From contig CM126222.1 in NCBI GenBank assembly GCA_052327205.1, forward strand, positions 49,538,001 through 49,602,000: a DNA stretch of 64,000 bases. The letters run 5' to 3'. The stretch comes from Somniosus microcephalus. Lineage: Eukaryota. The position numbers and the translations under genes were made by a program. The notes under the pieces are model-generated. The model was not told the DNA's origin, did not search any database, and worked only from the letters and a program-made list of their open reading frames with translations. Below, in pieces: positions 13,456 to 26,299 of the stretch. Each line of letters starts with the position of its first letter. Position 1 is the first letter of the stretch.

Positions 13456-13856
13456 TTTTTGCTTGACAACACTACACAATTAACAGCAATAAACTAATTT
13501 AGATTCTGCTGCTGTACATTGTTTAACTGCCAGTACATTTGAAAATTTTATGGTTTTTTTCACTGAAAAGTATCTGTTTCACATCTCTGCTATTTTAAGA
13601 AGGTCATGTAGATGTAGCTTTGTTGCTACTATGCGGGAATAAATTCAAAAAAGGTACTTCCTATATGAAGGCAGTGTACACTGGTTCAATATATTAATGA
13701 CATTCTTGTGTCTGTGATTCTCATTAAAGTCAGAGGTAAGTGTCAGGGAAAGTAACATTCTTTCCAGCCAGCGATAGCTTTAAGTATTGAAGGTTCCGTA
13801 CAACATGGGTTAGCTGCAGCATAAATCTTCTATGCATGACCAACGGTAGCTAAACG
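13037..13856 (+). repeat. 116-bp dispersed direct duplication (13037-13152 and 13741-13856)
   Basis: tgtcagggaaag.aacattctttccagccag.gatagctttaag...gtagctaaacg occurs twice with few substitutions. Confidence 0.9.
13418..13450. repeat. (AC)n microsatellite
   Basis: Direct reading of the sequence. Confidence 0.95.
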
Positions 13857-14041
13857 CCAACCTCAGAAGATTCACCTAATCTCCTCTGCTTCGTACTCGT
13901 GTGATATTTTTATTTCCCACACTCTCTATTTGTAATCAGATTGTGATGCATAAAGATCTGAAAAGCGCATTTGATGCCAAATTGAAGACTTGTTTAGAAT
14001 TGTAAATACAGCTGAGTTGAGAACTACGCTGATAACTCAGT

Positions 14042-14600
14042 AACAACTTATATTTATATAGCACCGTTAACGTAGTAAAACGTCCCGAGGCGCTTCACAG
14101 GAGCGTTATAAAAAATTGGACACCGAGACACTTAAGGAAATATTAGGGCAGATGGCCAAAAGCTTGGTCAAAGAGGTAGGTTTTAAGGAGCATCTTAAAG
14201 GAGGAAAGAGAGGTAGAGAGGCGGAGAGGTTTATGGAGGGAATTCCAGAGCTTAGGGCCTAGGCAACAGAAGGCACGGCCATTATTGGTGGAGCAATTAA
14301 AATCAGGGATGCGCAAGAGGCCAGAATTTGAGGAGCGCAGATATCTCAGAGGGTTGTGGGGCTGAATGAGATTACAGAGATAGGGAGGGGCGAGGCCATG
14401 GAGTGATTGAAAAAGAGGATGAAAATGTTAAAATTAAGGCAGTGCTTAACTGGGAGCCAATGTAAGTCAGCGAGCACAGGGGTGATGGGTGAACGGGACT
14501 GGGTGTGAGTTAGGACACGGGCGGCAGAGATTTTGATGACCTCAAGTTTACGGAAGGTAGAACAAGGGAGGCTGGCAAGGAGTGCATTGCAATAGTCAAG
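14042..14600 (-). mobile_element. L2-clade LINE 3' end
   Basis: Reverse of the L2 tail (aagcgcctcgggacgttttactacgttaa...tatataaatataagttgtt) and LWNSLP-like ORF end. Confidence 0.8.
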
Positions 14601-14689
14601 TCATTTAAACGCCACAAACTAATTTCACAACCGTCAGGAAGATGAGAGATCTTCAGCTCCTTTACATGAACTAAAAAAACGAAGGTCTA

Positions 14690-16440
14690 AGAAAATGAAG
14701 TGGGATAGATTTTCGCGTAGGAATAGACTGGATGTTGGGCGGGTCTTCTTTTCCCAGAGAGCAGAGAGCCTCTGGAATGCGTTGCTGGCTGGTGTGGTGG
14801 GAGCTGACTCTCTGGATGCCTTCAAGGGAGAGTTGGACTGGTTCTCGACTGGGGCAAGGATCGCATCATATAGAAGGTGACTGGCTTTACAGTTAGCACA
14901 TGATCCATGTGATCTCCTGGACTGGTTTTGATCGCTTGAGGGGCTTAGAGAGGAATTTTCCATAGTACTGTTTGCCTTATTGGCCAAAGGCTTTTCTCTT
15001 TTTTTGCCTCTTCCAGGAGATTACATAGCTATGGGTGGAGTTGGAAGTAGGACAAATCAGGGACAAAGTTAACAGTCACTTGGACAAATGTGGATTAATT
15101 AAGGAAAGCCAGCACAGATTTGTCAAAGGCAAATCATGTTTAACTAACTTGATCGACTTTTTTGATGAGATAACAGAGAGGGTTGATGAGGACAATGCGG
15201 TTGATGTGGTGTACATGGACTTCCAAAAGGCGTTTGATAAAGTGCCACATAATAGGCTTGCCAGCAAAGTTGAAGCCCATGGAATGAAAGGGACAATGGC
15301 AGCATGGATACGAAAATGGCTAAGTGACAGGAAACAGAGAGTAGTGGTGAAGGGTTATTTTTCGGACTGGAGGAAGGTATACAGTGGTGTTCCCCAGGGA
15401 TCGGTACTAGGACCACTGCTTTTTTTGATATATGCTAATGACTTGGACTCGGGTGTACAGGGCACAATTTCAAAATTTGCAGCTGACACAAAACTTGGAA
15501 GTATAGTGAACAGTGAGGAGGCGAGTGATAGACTTCAGGAAGACATAGACAGGCTGGTGAAATGGGTGGACACGTGGTAGATGAAATTTAACACACAAAA
15601 TTGCGAAGTGATACATTTTGGTAGGAAGACTGAGGAGAGGCAATATAAACTAAAGGGTACAATCCTAAAGAGACCTAGTATGTGCACAAATTGTTGAAGA
15701 TTGAGAAAGCGGTTAAAAAAGCATACGGGATTCTGGGCTTCATAAATCGAGGTATAGAGTACAAAAGCAAGGAAGTTATGATGAAGCTTTATAAAACACT
15801 GGTTCGGCCTCAACTGGAGTATTGTGTCCAATTCTGGGCACTGCACTTTAGGAAGGATGTGAAGGCCTTCGAGAGGGTGCAGAAAAGATTTCCGAGAATG
15901 ATTCCAGGGATGAGGGACTTCAGTTATGTGGATAGACTGGAGAAGCTGGGATTGTTCTCCTTAGAGCTGAGAAGGTTGAGAGGAGATTTGATAGAGATGT
16001 TCAAACTCATGAGGGGTCTAGACAGAGTAGAGAGAGAGAAACTGTTCCCATTGGCAGAAGGGTCGAGAACCAGAGGACACAGATTTAAGGTGATTGGCAA
16101 AAGAACCAAAGGCGACATGAGGAAAAACTTTTTTACGCAGCGAGTGGTTAGGATCTGGAATGCACTGCCTGACCTGAGAGGGTGGTGGAGGCAGATTCAA
16201 TCGTGGCTTTCAAAAGGGAATTGGATAAGTACCTGAAGGAAAAAAAATTCATGGCGATGGGGAAAGGGCGGGGGAGTGGGACTAGCTGAGAGCCAGCACG
16301 GGCTTGACGGGCCGAATAGTCTCCTTCTGTGCTGTAACCATTCCATGATTCTATGTCTAGTCATGATGCTCCATCTATCATGAGTGCGAGACAAGCTTGA
16401 TGGATCAGCTGGTCTTTTCCAGCTCGTTAGTTTTGTTTCT
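14690..16440 (+). mobile_element. Nested CR1 LINEs: an RT-bearing copy (~15050-16355) inside the 3' end of another CR1
   Basis: ORFs 15035-15580 and 15682-16236 (YMDFQKAFDKV, GVPQGSVLGP). The tail ccatgattctatg ends at ~16355. The host ORF end is at 14695-14880 and its 3'UTR appears to resume at 16356. Confidence 0.88.
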
Positions 16441-17618
16441 TTGTATCTGCGTAATGGCAGGAAAACTGGCTACGCTCTGCCTAATGTGTTCAATGCTGTC
16501 CACCTGATTTTCCTCTCTGCACTCCACCCAGGTAATACTTTACACCGAGGCAATTACAGATGAGAATTTACCCCATTGCTTCAATGCACTGACTCCATTT
16601 ACCAGCATCCTCTCTGTTGAGGCTGCATTTTAAAAACTAATGCTCATATTGACTACTATGACACCAATTTCCAATCAGAGAAAATAAATCTGTGGGCACT
16701 CAGCCTGTAGTGTATCTGAAAGGATTGTGCTTTAATAACCTGACCTAGCCAACCTTCTACTCAGGAAGTATTCCTTTCTAGTTACCATGAAATGGTTGAC
16801 TGGTCCCATTTATTTTTTTTTAAATGTTACAGATCTCACTTAAATGGTCCGCAAGCTATGTTTTGACATCAGCGATCATTTAGAAAGAGGTTCTGTGAAT
16901 TTCTCTGCATCTGTCACCTCTCTTAGATGTTCTGATGTGTCAACTAAGCACTTTGAGCCCGCTGTTTCTCCAGCAGAAAATAGAATTCATAGACTTTTCA
17001 CAGCAATTAAAATGAGAGTTTTGTAGTAATTAGCCATTTATAAAAAAAGCCTTTATTATGTCCTGTCAGAAAAGGAGAGAGATCGCGATGAAAATCTCAA
17101 CTTGTCTCTAAAGGTTCATTAAGATTTAAAACACAATGCAGTAATTGGACAGAAAAATGCTGCCCTCAAAAACAATACTAAAAGAGGAAGAGGGAAGATA
17201 TTGATATTACAGTGAACAAAGAGAAATATTTTTTAGCAAAAGAAATCTCATCTGCTAATTCCTAGCCCTTTAAATTGGATCAATGCACTTTATGTTTGTA
17301 AAGCCCCATTTCCTCTACATTGCTCAAAGATGACTATAATTTGGATTGTTTGGTAGGGTAATCTATATATCTTATTAAAAGTCTTGTGTATCCGCACACA
17401 TCTTGTCCACAAACCTTATTCCCCGTCAATAAATCTTACTTCCTGTTCTAATTTTTTTTTAACATCATAACTGCCTATGTAAACATTTATAAGGGGAATT
17501 ATCAGTGTAAACAGTTGCTTGTAACATTTATTCATGAGCCAATCAAGTCACTCAAAATGCATTTTCAAAAAACAAATTGATGCCTGCCTTTTTTTCCCTT
17601 AGTAACAGAAATCTATAT

Positions 17619-18312
17619 GGCCTGAAAATACATGGGACGCAACATCAGCAGTTACATGGGACGTTGCCCACTGGTGCCCTCCAGTAATGAGACCACCAGA
17701 ATATGCGCCCATTTCCGGGTCCAAACATGGCGCTGGCGGAGGCCCAAGGATCGGGTTCGGGCTTCATCTGTATACTCGGGGCGAGCTGTCGGCACTGACT
17801 GTGCTTTTCACAGGCAGCTCTCCCCACGGAAGAAAACGATTTTCGGCTGCCTGCCTGCCTGGCAGGAGCAGGGTTGGAGTGGGCTATGGCGGGGAAGGGA
17901 GCGATTGTGATTTCTGTGGAGTCGCGGAAGCACTGCTGCTCCTCCTGGCTCATTAGGAAGGTGACATTTTTTAAAAAAACTATCTTTGGTTGGCAACTGC
18001 AGGGGCCGCTGAAGAATCATGAACGGGGCAGGCCCAGGCCCAAACCTACCCCTCTCATGAGGTGACTAATTTGTGAAAGGGGTCCTTTAGCAGGCGTTCG
18101 ACCCTTAATGTATATGTTTAGGCTTAGAACGCCTAAAAAATTGGTCCCACAAATTTGGCAGTGTGACCAACACCTGCACAGATTGGGTACAGCTAGTCCA
18201 TTACTAAATTGCGCCTGTTTTACGTCCAATAAATGGGTGCAACGCCTAACAATTTGTACCCCTAGTCTGCCCCTGATAAATCTTAAATTGGGCAAATCGA
18301 GTTTCAACCACC
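17619..18312. mobile_element. Probable non-autonomous Harbinger-like element
   Basis: GC/CpG-rich island in AT-rich intron with ggcctgaaaat / gtttcaacc-type ends. The TIR is weak. Confidence 0.45.
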
Positions 18313-19425
18313 CAATTTCACAACACATTCACAGGGATCTTTATTTGCAGTTTTGGAATGAAATGAAATGATAAAAAGAGCAAATAGAATTGAGTACTAA
18401 AGTAGGACTGGAAGCTATTACTGTTTAGTCAGCAACCGTTTTTCTGCCAAAATTGTATTCACTTATCAGAAATAGTCATTGAATCCCATAAGCATTAAAT
18501 AACAATTTGAACACCGGCAAAAATTCCAACAGAAGACAGGACAATTCAGTTCACTCTCTGAATATTACAAATTACAGATATGATACAGATACAAATCTGT
18601 GGCTCTGTTCAGTTCTCTAATTTGTTTTATAATCAGAATGAATCGTTTGCAGGAAATCATTTGTGGAGATTTTGATGAAGGTGTTTGGAGTGGGAAAGCT
18701 AAACAGAGTATTCAGTAATGAAAAAGTGTCCAGGAATTCTAAGTGGAATGTTACTTTGTTTTCTCTAGAAATATTTCTGCTTTACTTTTAACTAAAAGAT
18801 TTATTCATGATGAAATATTAAACACCCTTACCTTAGCTTAAACTTAATATAATGGGAAATTAAATTTAAAAAACACAGAAGCAGCTTTAGAGGCTATAAA
18901 ATGTGGATAAAATACATGTACTGAAAATTAATTTAGATAAAAATATTCAGTCATTAGGTATAAATGCTAAGGATATAAAAAAAATAGATTATGCTTTTCA
19001 ATCAATATTCATTGAAATGCTCACTTATGACCATCTTAATGTTTGTTTAATGAGAATACCTGGATAAGACAACTATGGTAGAAATCTCCTTGGTTGCAGA
19101 TTATTAATATGTATATGGGCTTTTTCTGAAATGTAATAAGTAGGGACTTTTCAGAACCAACAAAATGAAGGAATTTTTAACCTTTGAAAGGAACAATCAC
19201 AGGAGGCTGGGTACAGAATTGCCCAGGGACCACAGAGACAGGCTTCAGAGATGCCCCTTAATTGGATGACTAGGTCCAGAGTTAACCTGGGACCACAGAT
19301 GCTGGGTCCACAGTTTGCCTTTAAGAAAGACATTGGGAGGAGAGAAACTTTGGGAGCATAAGCCCTCAAACGAAATCAGCACAAACATTGCCATTCTTTG
19401 TTGTGTTTCTCACACCAGAGACATG

Positions 19426-20185
19426 TGCCGCGATTTTGCGCCTGGAGGCGGGATGGTGGCGGGTCCACTGTTTGGCGGGTTCCGGTCTCGCTCCCAGTTC
19501 CCTCCACCCTGCAGTTGAAATTTTCCGTTGATTGGCCTCGTTAAGGGCGACATGCGGGTTCTCCAAGACAATTGCCGAGTGCGGGTCAGCTGCTCGCGTC
19601 TGATGAAGCAATGTTGGACTGATTATTTAAAGGGGCCATGTCCCCTCCGCAGATTAATTTCCATTTTGTTCCCTGAAGTGCTGGCTGCTGCAGGTATAGC
19701 AGCATAAAAACCTAAGGCTGCTCCCCGCTTCGATGAGGTTACAGTGGATCTATAGTGCACAACACATACTTGCAGCCTAAACACAGAATATGTCCCCAAA
19801 ATTATTCAATCACCAACCTCGCAGATTTCTAAATGACCAGATTTGAGAGTGCAGCTTTTACACTGCAGTTGCAGCTGTGAAGTCTCCAGCTCGCTGGTGT
19901 TCACGCCTCACTTACCTGGCGTGTTGTCGGAACGTCGTGAAACCCGACCCAGAAGCTGGAAAATCCAAAAACCCGGTGAAAATAGCTCTCAACTACCACT
20001 TAATAGGCAGTTAAGTGCCTTTAATCCCTTTCCCGCCGCTTGGTGTCGGGTCCGTTAGCAAATCGGAGACCCAACACTCGGGGAAAGTTGCGTGGAGGCA
20101 GGATCACGGCGGGTTCGGAATCCGCTGTCAATCATTGCGAATTTAACCTCTGTCCCGACCTCTGAGCGCCAGCAAAATTCTGGCC
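19426..20185. mobile_element. Non-autonomous Harbinger element
   Basis: TIRs tgccgcgattttgc / gcaaaattctggcc and TSD ATG. Remnant Myb start (AAPRFDE) near 19715. Confidence 0.75.
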
Positions 20186-20382
20186 ATGGTTCCCACGAAG
20201 CAATCAGCTTACTCAAATATAAAACTCCATATCCAACAGCTCATTTTTTTCATACAACATATGCAAGCTGCACTATTCCTTTGTAACATGCAGAGAAACA
20301 AAACCCAATATCACTGCTGGAGCCTGTAGATTATTTCCCTGTAATTTTCATATCTGCATCACATGTCCATTGCTTCTGTTAT

Positions 20383-20840
20383 GGCAGCCAGTGGCTCAGG
20401 TGGTAGCACTCTCGCCTCTGAGTCAGAAGGTTGTGGGTTCAAGTCCCACTCCAGAGACTTGAGCACAAAAATCTAGGCTGACACTCCAGTGCAGTACTGG
20501 GGGAGTGCTGCACTGTCAGAAATGCTGTCTTTCAGATGAGACGTTAAATCAAGGCCCCATCTGCTCTCCCAGGTGGACGTAAAAGATCCTGCGGCACTAT
20601 TTTGAAGAAGAGCAGGGGAGTTATCCTGGACAATATTTATCCCTCAATCAACATCACTAAAACAGATTATCTGGTCATTATCACATTGCTGTTTGTGGAA
20701 CCTTGCTGTGTGTTAATTGGCTGCCACGTTTCCTACATTACAACAGTGACTACACTTCAAAAAGTACTTAATTGGCTGTAAAGTGCTTTGGGGCGTCCTG
20801 AGATCATGAAAGGCACTATATAAATGCAAGTCTTTCTTTT
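20383..20840 (+). mobile_element. DeuSINE (SacSINE1-like), full length
   Basis: tRNA head (tggctcaggtgg...gggttcaagtccc), Deu core (gatgagacgttaaa...gaagaagagcagggg), L2-like tail tataaatgcaagtctttc. Confidence 0.9.
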
Positions 20841-22053
20841 TATGTATTATACCTGTTGTTCTTTATTCCCGACAACCTCCTGTTCAGTGCAATCACCTTT
20901 CCCAATGTAATACCAGGCTTTTTCATTAATAAAAATGGCTTGCACAATAGTAGGTTTATGAATTACAGATCTGTATGGAGGAAGGAGTTCCTCATTGGTT
21001 TTGGGCCTGTATATACATGAATACAAAATGACTTGTGCTTATCACTTACATATCTGCAGTTCACCACAGTCATTCATTATTCTACATATACAGTTGTTAG
21101 AATGGTATTACGGCTTATGCCCGCACCCATGTGGTAATGGATGGACAATCAAGCCACTACATTGATCTAGTTTTGATTATGTTTTAACTGCAAGCAGAAG
21201 CTCAAGTAAGTAATATTTATCGACACCCGAGTATGTGACTGCCTCAGCCCACTTGTTGCTGCCATGTGTATGCTCTAGGCTGATTTTCTTTCCTGAAGAG
21301 TTATCAGCTCCTTGATGGAGTGTCGCCTCATAATGTTTTGTGGCCAAATGTCAGTGACTGAGGGTTATTGCTCACGTGTGTGCTGCTTACTTTGGTGATT
21401 TTTTTTCTTTTAGTTGGGCAATTTTTGGGATGTTTTGGTGCTACCCCACTTTAAAAAAATATATATTTATCAGTACAGATATTTTCACCTTGTTCACCTC
21501 ATGGATTGAAAGCCATTAATTCTGGTGCAAATAACAATGTAGTAATGCAGTCACTTTCTCTGTTACTTTAGAGTAAGCTCATAACCATAAAACTCACATT
21601 GTTAATGAAATAATATGAAATAGTCAAAAGTTGAAAAATGCATTTTATATGTCTTTAAATGGTTATTGGGTTTTAATGGTCTTAGCCTGAAAATTGGAAA
21701 GCCTTGTCATGTATTTTCAATAAACTTACAAGTAATTGCATGACACTTTTTAAGAGAAAATTATAAGTGTTATCTTCTGTGTTGCAGAGATAACCCTATT
21801 GTTGAAAAGAGTTAACTGAACACTGTGATGCAATTAAATTGGAGAGTGGTAACTCCCATGACATGATGCTTGCGTGTTCAAACTCCTCACACAATCTCTA
21901 CATTCTGCTCCCCTTCAGCACTATGAGCGACTGTACGTTTGCAAGGAAGCAGGAGTTTCTCAGCTCCATATGAAAAGGATTGTTTCTGAAGTTTGTACTT
22001 TGTGAATCACAGTGTAATATTTCTAATGATTGCCTCTCTTGTTTCTTTTACAG

Positions 22054-22107
22054 CAATTTGGTAAAATTTTAGACGTTGAAATAATTTTTAATGAGCGGGG
22101 CTCTAAG
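22054..22107 (+). CDS. RBFOX3: RBFOX3 (NeuN)-like coding exon, RRM part QFGKILDVEIIFNERGSK (54 nt)
   Basis: Polypyrimidine tract + cag acceptor (22051-53), AAG|gtaagc donor. The peptide is identical to the RBFOX RRM segment. Confidence 0.96.
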
Positions 22108-22280
22108 GTAAGCGACACACTCCAAACTTGTTCGCTTCATCTTTTAAAGTAGTTTCAGTAAATTAACAGAGACACTGTAGGTATTTTACGTTATGTGTGA
22201 GTGTACTGAATACTGAATTAGACACATAGATACTCATAGGTTATTGTATAAAACACATTCTTAATATTGGACAGCTTTGC

Positions 22281-22370
22281 TTATCAGAATGCCTACGTGT
22301 ACACGTGTATGTGACATCAGTAGTTTTATCAGAATGCCTACGTGTACACGTGTATGTGACATCAGTAGTT
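22281..22370. repeat. Perfect 45-bp tandem duplication
   Basis: ttatcagaatgcctacgtgtacacgtgtatgtgacatcagtagtt x2. Confidence 0.97.
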
Positions 22371-23197
22371 TTTCTGCTAACAATATCACAAATTTCCGAA
22401 GAGTTATGTGCTCACACGATAGGATAGACTGCCCAATGGCCTCAATTGGCAATACACACAGGTAAACACAAATCTCAATTTGAAAGAGGATTCTGTGCTC
22501 CATTTTAACAGTCTGCTGATTATTTTAGTAATGAGTGCTGATGACATAATTGTGGTAACTAGCGTGGGCGAGCGACTGAGTTGGATAGTGAACAGGAGCT
22601 CAATTAACGTAGAGAGAGCTGTGGCATTCTAGGTTAATGGCTGCTAACAGCTCCATTGTACCATCAAGCCCAGCAACACTGACACAACAGCTCCCTCCAT
22701 TCTGTCACCAGCACTCAGTAATACAGTAAAACAGATACCGCATCCTGTTTCCTCACAGCTATTTGTCTTTAACAAGGGTGCAGATGATGACACACGCTGA
22801 TGTCAGTGAGCTGGTCTATGTGGATCCTTAATGATCTGTAAGAATTGCAATGACATTCTTGCACATCTGAAAGTAGCAGAGATTAGGTTGAGGATCAGCA
22901 CACAGCGCTGTAGTTATGGGCATTAATGGATGTTCTTACTGTTTTCTTGGAAAGGCAGTTTTCAATTGCCCCCTGTGATATTCATATATGTTCACATATC
23001 ATGGAATTGTTTGTGAAAAGAGTGGCTGATTTCTGTCACATCTAAAGTTTATACACGTTGAAAAGTATCCCGAGCCTTAGTCACCAAATGGGTGTGATAA
23101 CATTCGAATTAAGGATTTTGTGGAGAATGATTTCAGAAATTACAATGTCATAAAACGTGAATGCTTTTCAGAGGCTGCAGAGAGGTCTGTTGTCCTG

Positions 23198-23410
23198 AAA
23201 GGGTTATGGGGTGAAACAGCAGCTTTAAAAGGATAATGTGTGAAATAGCAGGATTAGAGGATTAATGTGTGAAGCAGCAGGGTTAGAGGATTAATGCATA
23301 AAACAACAGGTTTAAAAGATTAGTGTGTGAAACAGTCAGTTTAAAAGGTCAGTGGATGAAACAGCAGGTTTAGTGGGCTAATGTGCAAAAGAGTAGGTTT
23401 AGAGGATTAA
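23198..23410. repeat. Degenerate ~29-bp minisatellite (~7 units)
   Basis: Consensus approximately gtgtgaaacagcaggtttagaggattaat. Confidence 0.8.
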
Positions 23411-26299
23411 AAGGGCAAAATGTTCCTGCTGATAGTAGCTGGACATGGTTTTGCACCATTATTATACCAACCTCCCTCTAGCACCTGCAGTAGGGGCAGG
23501 AGGAATGGGGCAGGCTGGATGTGAAGCTAGTGAGTGCTATTGATCTGCCACCCAATTGTCACCACAGTGGGGTGGGGGGGGGAGTGTGGCGGGGTGGGGG
23601 GGGAGGGGGCGGAGAGCGGGGATCATGAGGAAGAGGCCCGTTCGAGGTTAGACATTTTTATACTGGCGCTGTTTGCTTTGGATTCCGGAAGACCAGTATC
23701 CGTTAGCATTTACACTGCTAAATCCAACTCCCTTATCCTAATGGCAGAATCATAGATCCAGTTTGCCACTGGGAGAAGGGAGCTGGACTTTGTAGTATAA
23801 ATACCAGAAGCAGTGGCAGTATAAAGTGGCTGTTGGTGTTATCTCTACTTTGTTAAATTATTTGCCTAAACACTATACTACTACTTTAACTTAACTATTA
23901 TTTCACTTCTACATCTACTACTATTACTTCTACTTTACTACAACATTACAATGAAACCCATTCACCAGCAGGACAGGACTCTGGCCAGGTGTCTGCTCCA
24001 TTAATTTTCTCACTGTACTCCGACAATGGTTTTCAAAAACAGATACTAAAAACCGACAATGCAGCTTTCAATTTTAACCATGAGGTTAAAGAGATAACAG
24101 GCCAAGAACTGGTCCCATTGGTGGTAGAACCACCAGTATCCATCAGCATGAAAAGTCGGCCCATTGTGTGAACTACGATAAAGACTTTATGCCATGTGAG
24201 TGAATGTCTTTTAGCCATTCACATGCTAGACTCTAGCCGATGGCCTTAATAAATGACAATAATCAAAATCCCCTCAATTTTTCTGGTACTAATGTAATGC
24301 TAATTGACCGCAATTAAGTATATATTTTTTTTTAATATTCCAAAATCAATATGAACATATGTAATATGTCTGGTATACCTTCTGCCAATCATGGAGCATT
24401 ATATTACCTGTTGAAGTATTGTAGTTTAGTCCATTGAGTGACAGATTTCCCATATGTTCTTAATCAACCACATCTATTCTGAATCATGGAGTCATTTGGA
24501 AGCAATGACAGCATGCCTTTAATGTATCTTAGATGAGTATAAGACTCCCTTTAATATGCTGCAGATATTTTTGACAGTATATGGAAGCAACCACTTTAGC
24601 TAGTGCAGTAAAATGTTTATTATAAGACCAATATTTAAAAACCACTGTTTCAGAATAATTTCAAAAGTAACAGAAGTATGTAACCTGTACTTAAACAAAG
24701 TGTAAATAATTTTGTTTCACTATGCATGATTTAGAATATGTTTGGTATATTGGTTCCTACTTGTCTATTTTACCTCAGCCTCATTTCAAGGCTAAGGCAA
24801 AGACTAATGTTCTGAATATTCAACATACCAGTTGTACCATCCGCTAAACAGAGCGAAGATGACAGAACAGGGGCTCAAAATGCAGATGTGATTAATCAAA
24901 TGGCCTATAGTATTTTCTGATCGCGGTCTTCAGATACAGTCTTGTGCATGTACCTTCCCAATGTGCCAATGCTATCCTCCCACAGACCACCCAATTTCCC
25001 TGCTAAACACGATGTTACCATTTCCTAGAGCTGCCAGTATCCTCTCCTTATCCTGCACAAATAGAATTAGTTTGAGAAAATCTCCCAAATCATCAGCAAT
25101 TCCCCTGGAATAGTTGATCATTTTTATGGTTTTGTTTTTTTAAACAGCTAATGACTTTGATACAAAACAATTTTTATTTTCTCACCCAACCATAAGTAGT
25201 CAAATATCTTATAGAAAAAACACTCTCCTGCCCAAACTCTAATCTTCCTTATTTGTGCAGACAGCAGAACGATATACCACCTCACTATGTATCAGAAAAT
25301 GATAATCAGGAATACAAGTTTAAAGCTGAACAAGTAGATGAAATTTAAGTCTACATGAACTGCATTTTCAAAGCAAAAAAGAACACTTGAAATGGGGCTG
25401 TAAGGCTGCCTTAGTGGCTGAAGGGCTAAACTTGTTTAAGCAATTTAATTTGCAAAAGGATATAAACCCCCTTAAGCACATGAGGTACAAATTTATAGTT
25501 TATGGTATAAATATGATTATTAGAACAGATTTAAAAAGAGTCTAATTACAAGGCAATTTAATGTGTTAACTTTTTTTCTTCAAATAACCCTCTTCCTTGT
25601 CTAACAGCATAAGTCTGATACAATGTTAGGTATATTTTCTGCCTGCCATCAGGCCTGAAATCACCACAAGACTTGAAAATGTACAGTAGCTCTTGGCTAC
25701 GAGAGATAGTAATTTGGCTACTACATTTAAAGTTCCGTGTGCTAATTGCTTTTACATGTATAGGGATCCTAACTAGGTCAAAGAATGCCATTCTGATCTC
25801 TACATGTTAACAGTGTAATGACAAATGTTACTTTTTACTCTGTGAAGAATGGAGTACAGGATACTTATCACTATAATTACCACATTAAAACACTTTCGAC
25901 ATGTCAAACTTATACGACGTGGGCATTGTGACTTTAGAAGTCAGGAAAACAAAAATAATGACCAGGCAAGCTTGTAATCATGTGCATGAGACTATAAAAC
26001 ATTTTAATAGATTATTGCATTTGTTAAGTGGACAAGCTGAATAGTTACTTTTTTTAAAAAATAGAAAAATGCTATCCTTGATTCACAACCCTCAACACAG
26101 AAAACAGAACAACCCCTGTTTAGAGGAACAGAGTCACTTATCCCACCTCTGTGGAAAATGCTGAATTGTTCTGCATCATCATTTTCTGAGAAGTCATCTC
26201 AATCCAACATTGCATACTTATGTTTCACTGATGTGTAACAACACAATCATTCAAATCCAGATCAATTATCTTTAAAAGCCTTATACCAGAAAACCTACC

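Noticed and set aside
23198-23410. CRISPR-like periodic repeat
   Set aside because: Units are contiguous and degenerate with no spacers, no cas genes, and a vertebrate context.
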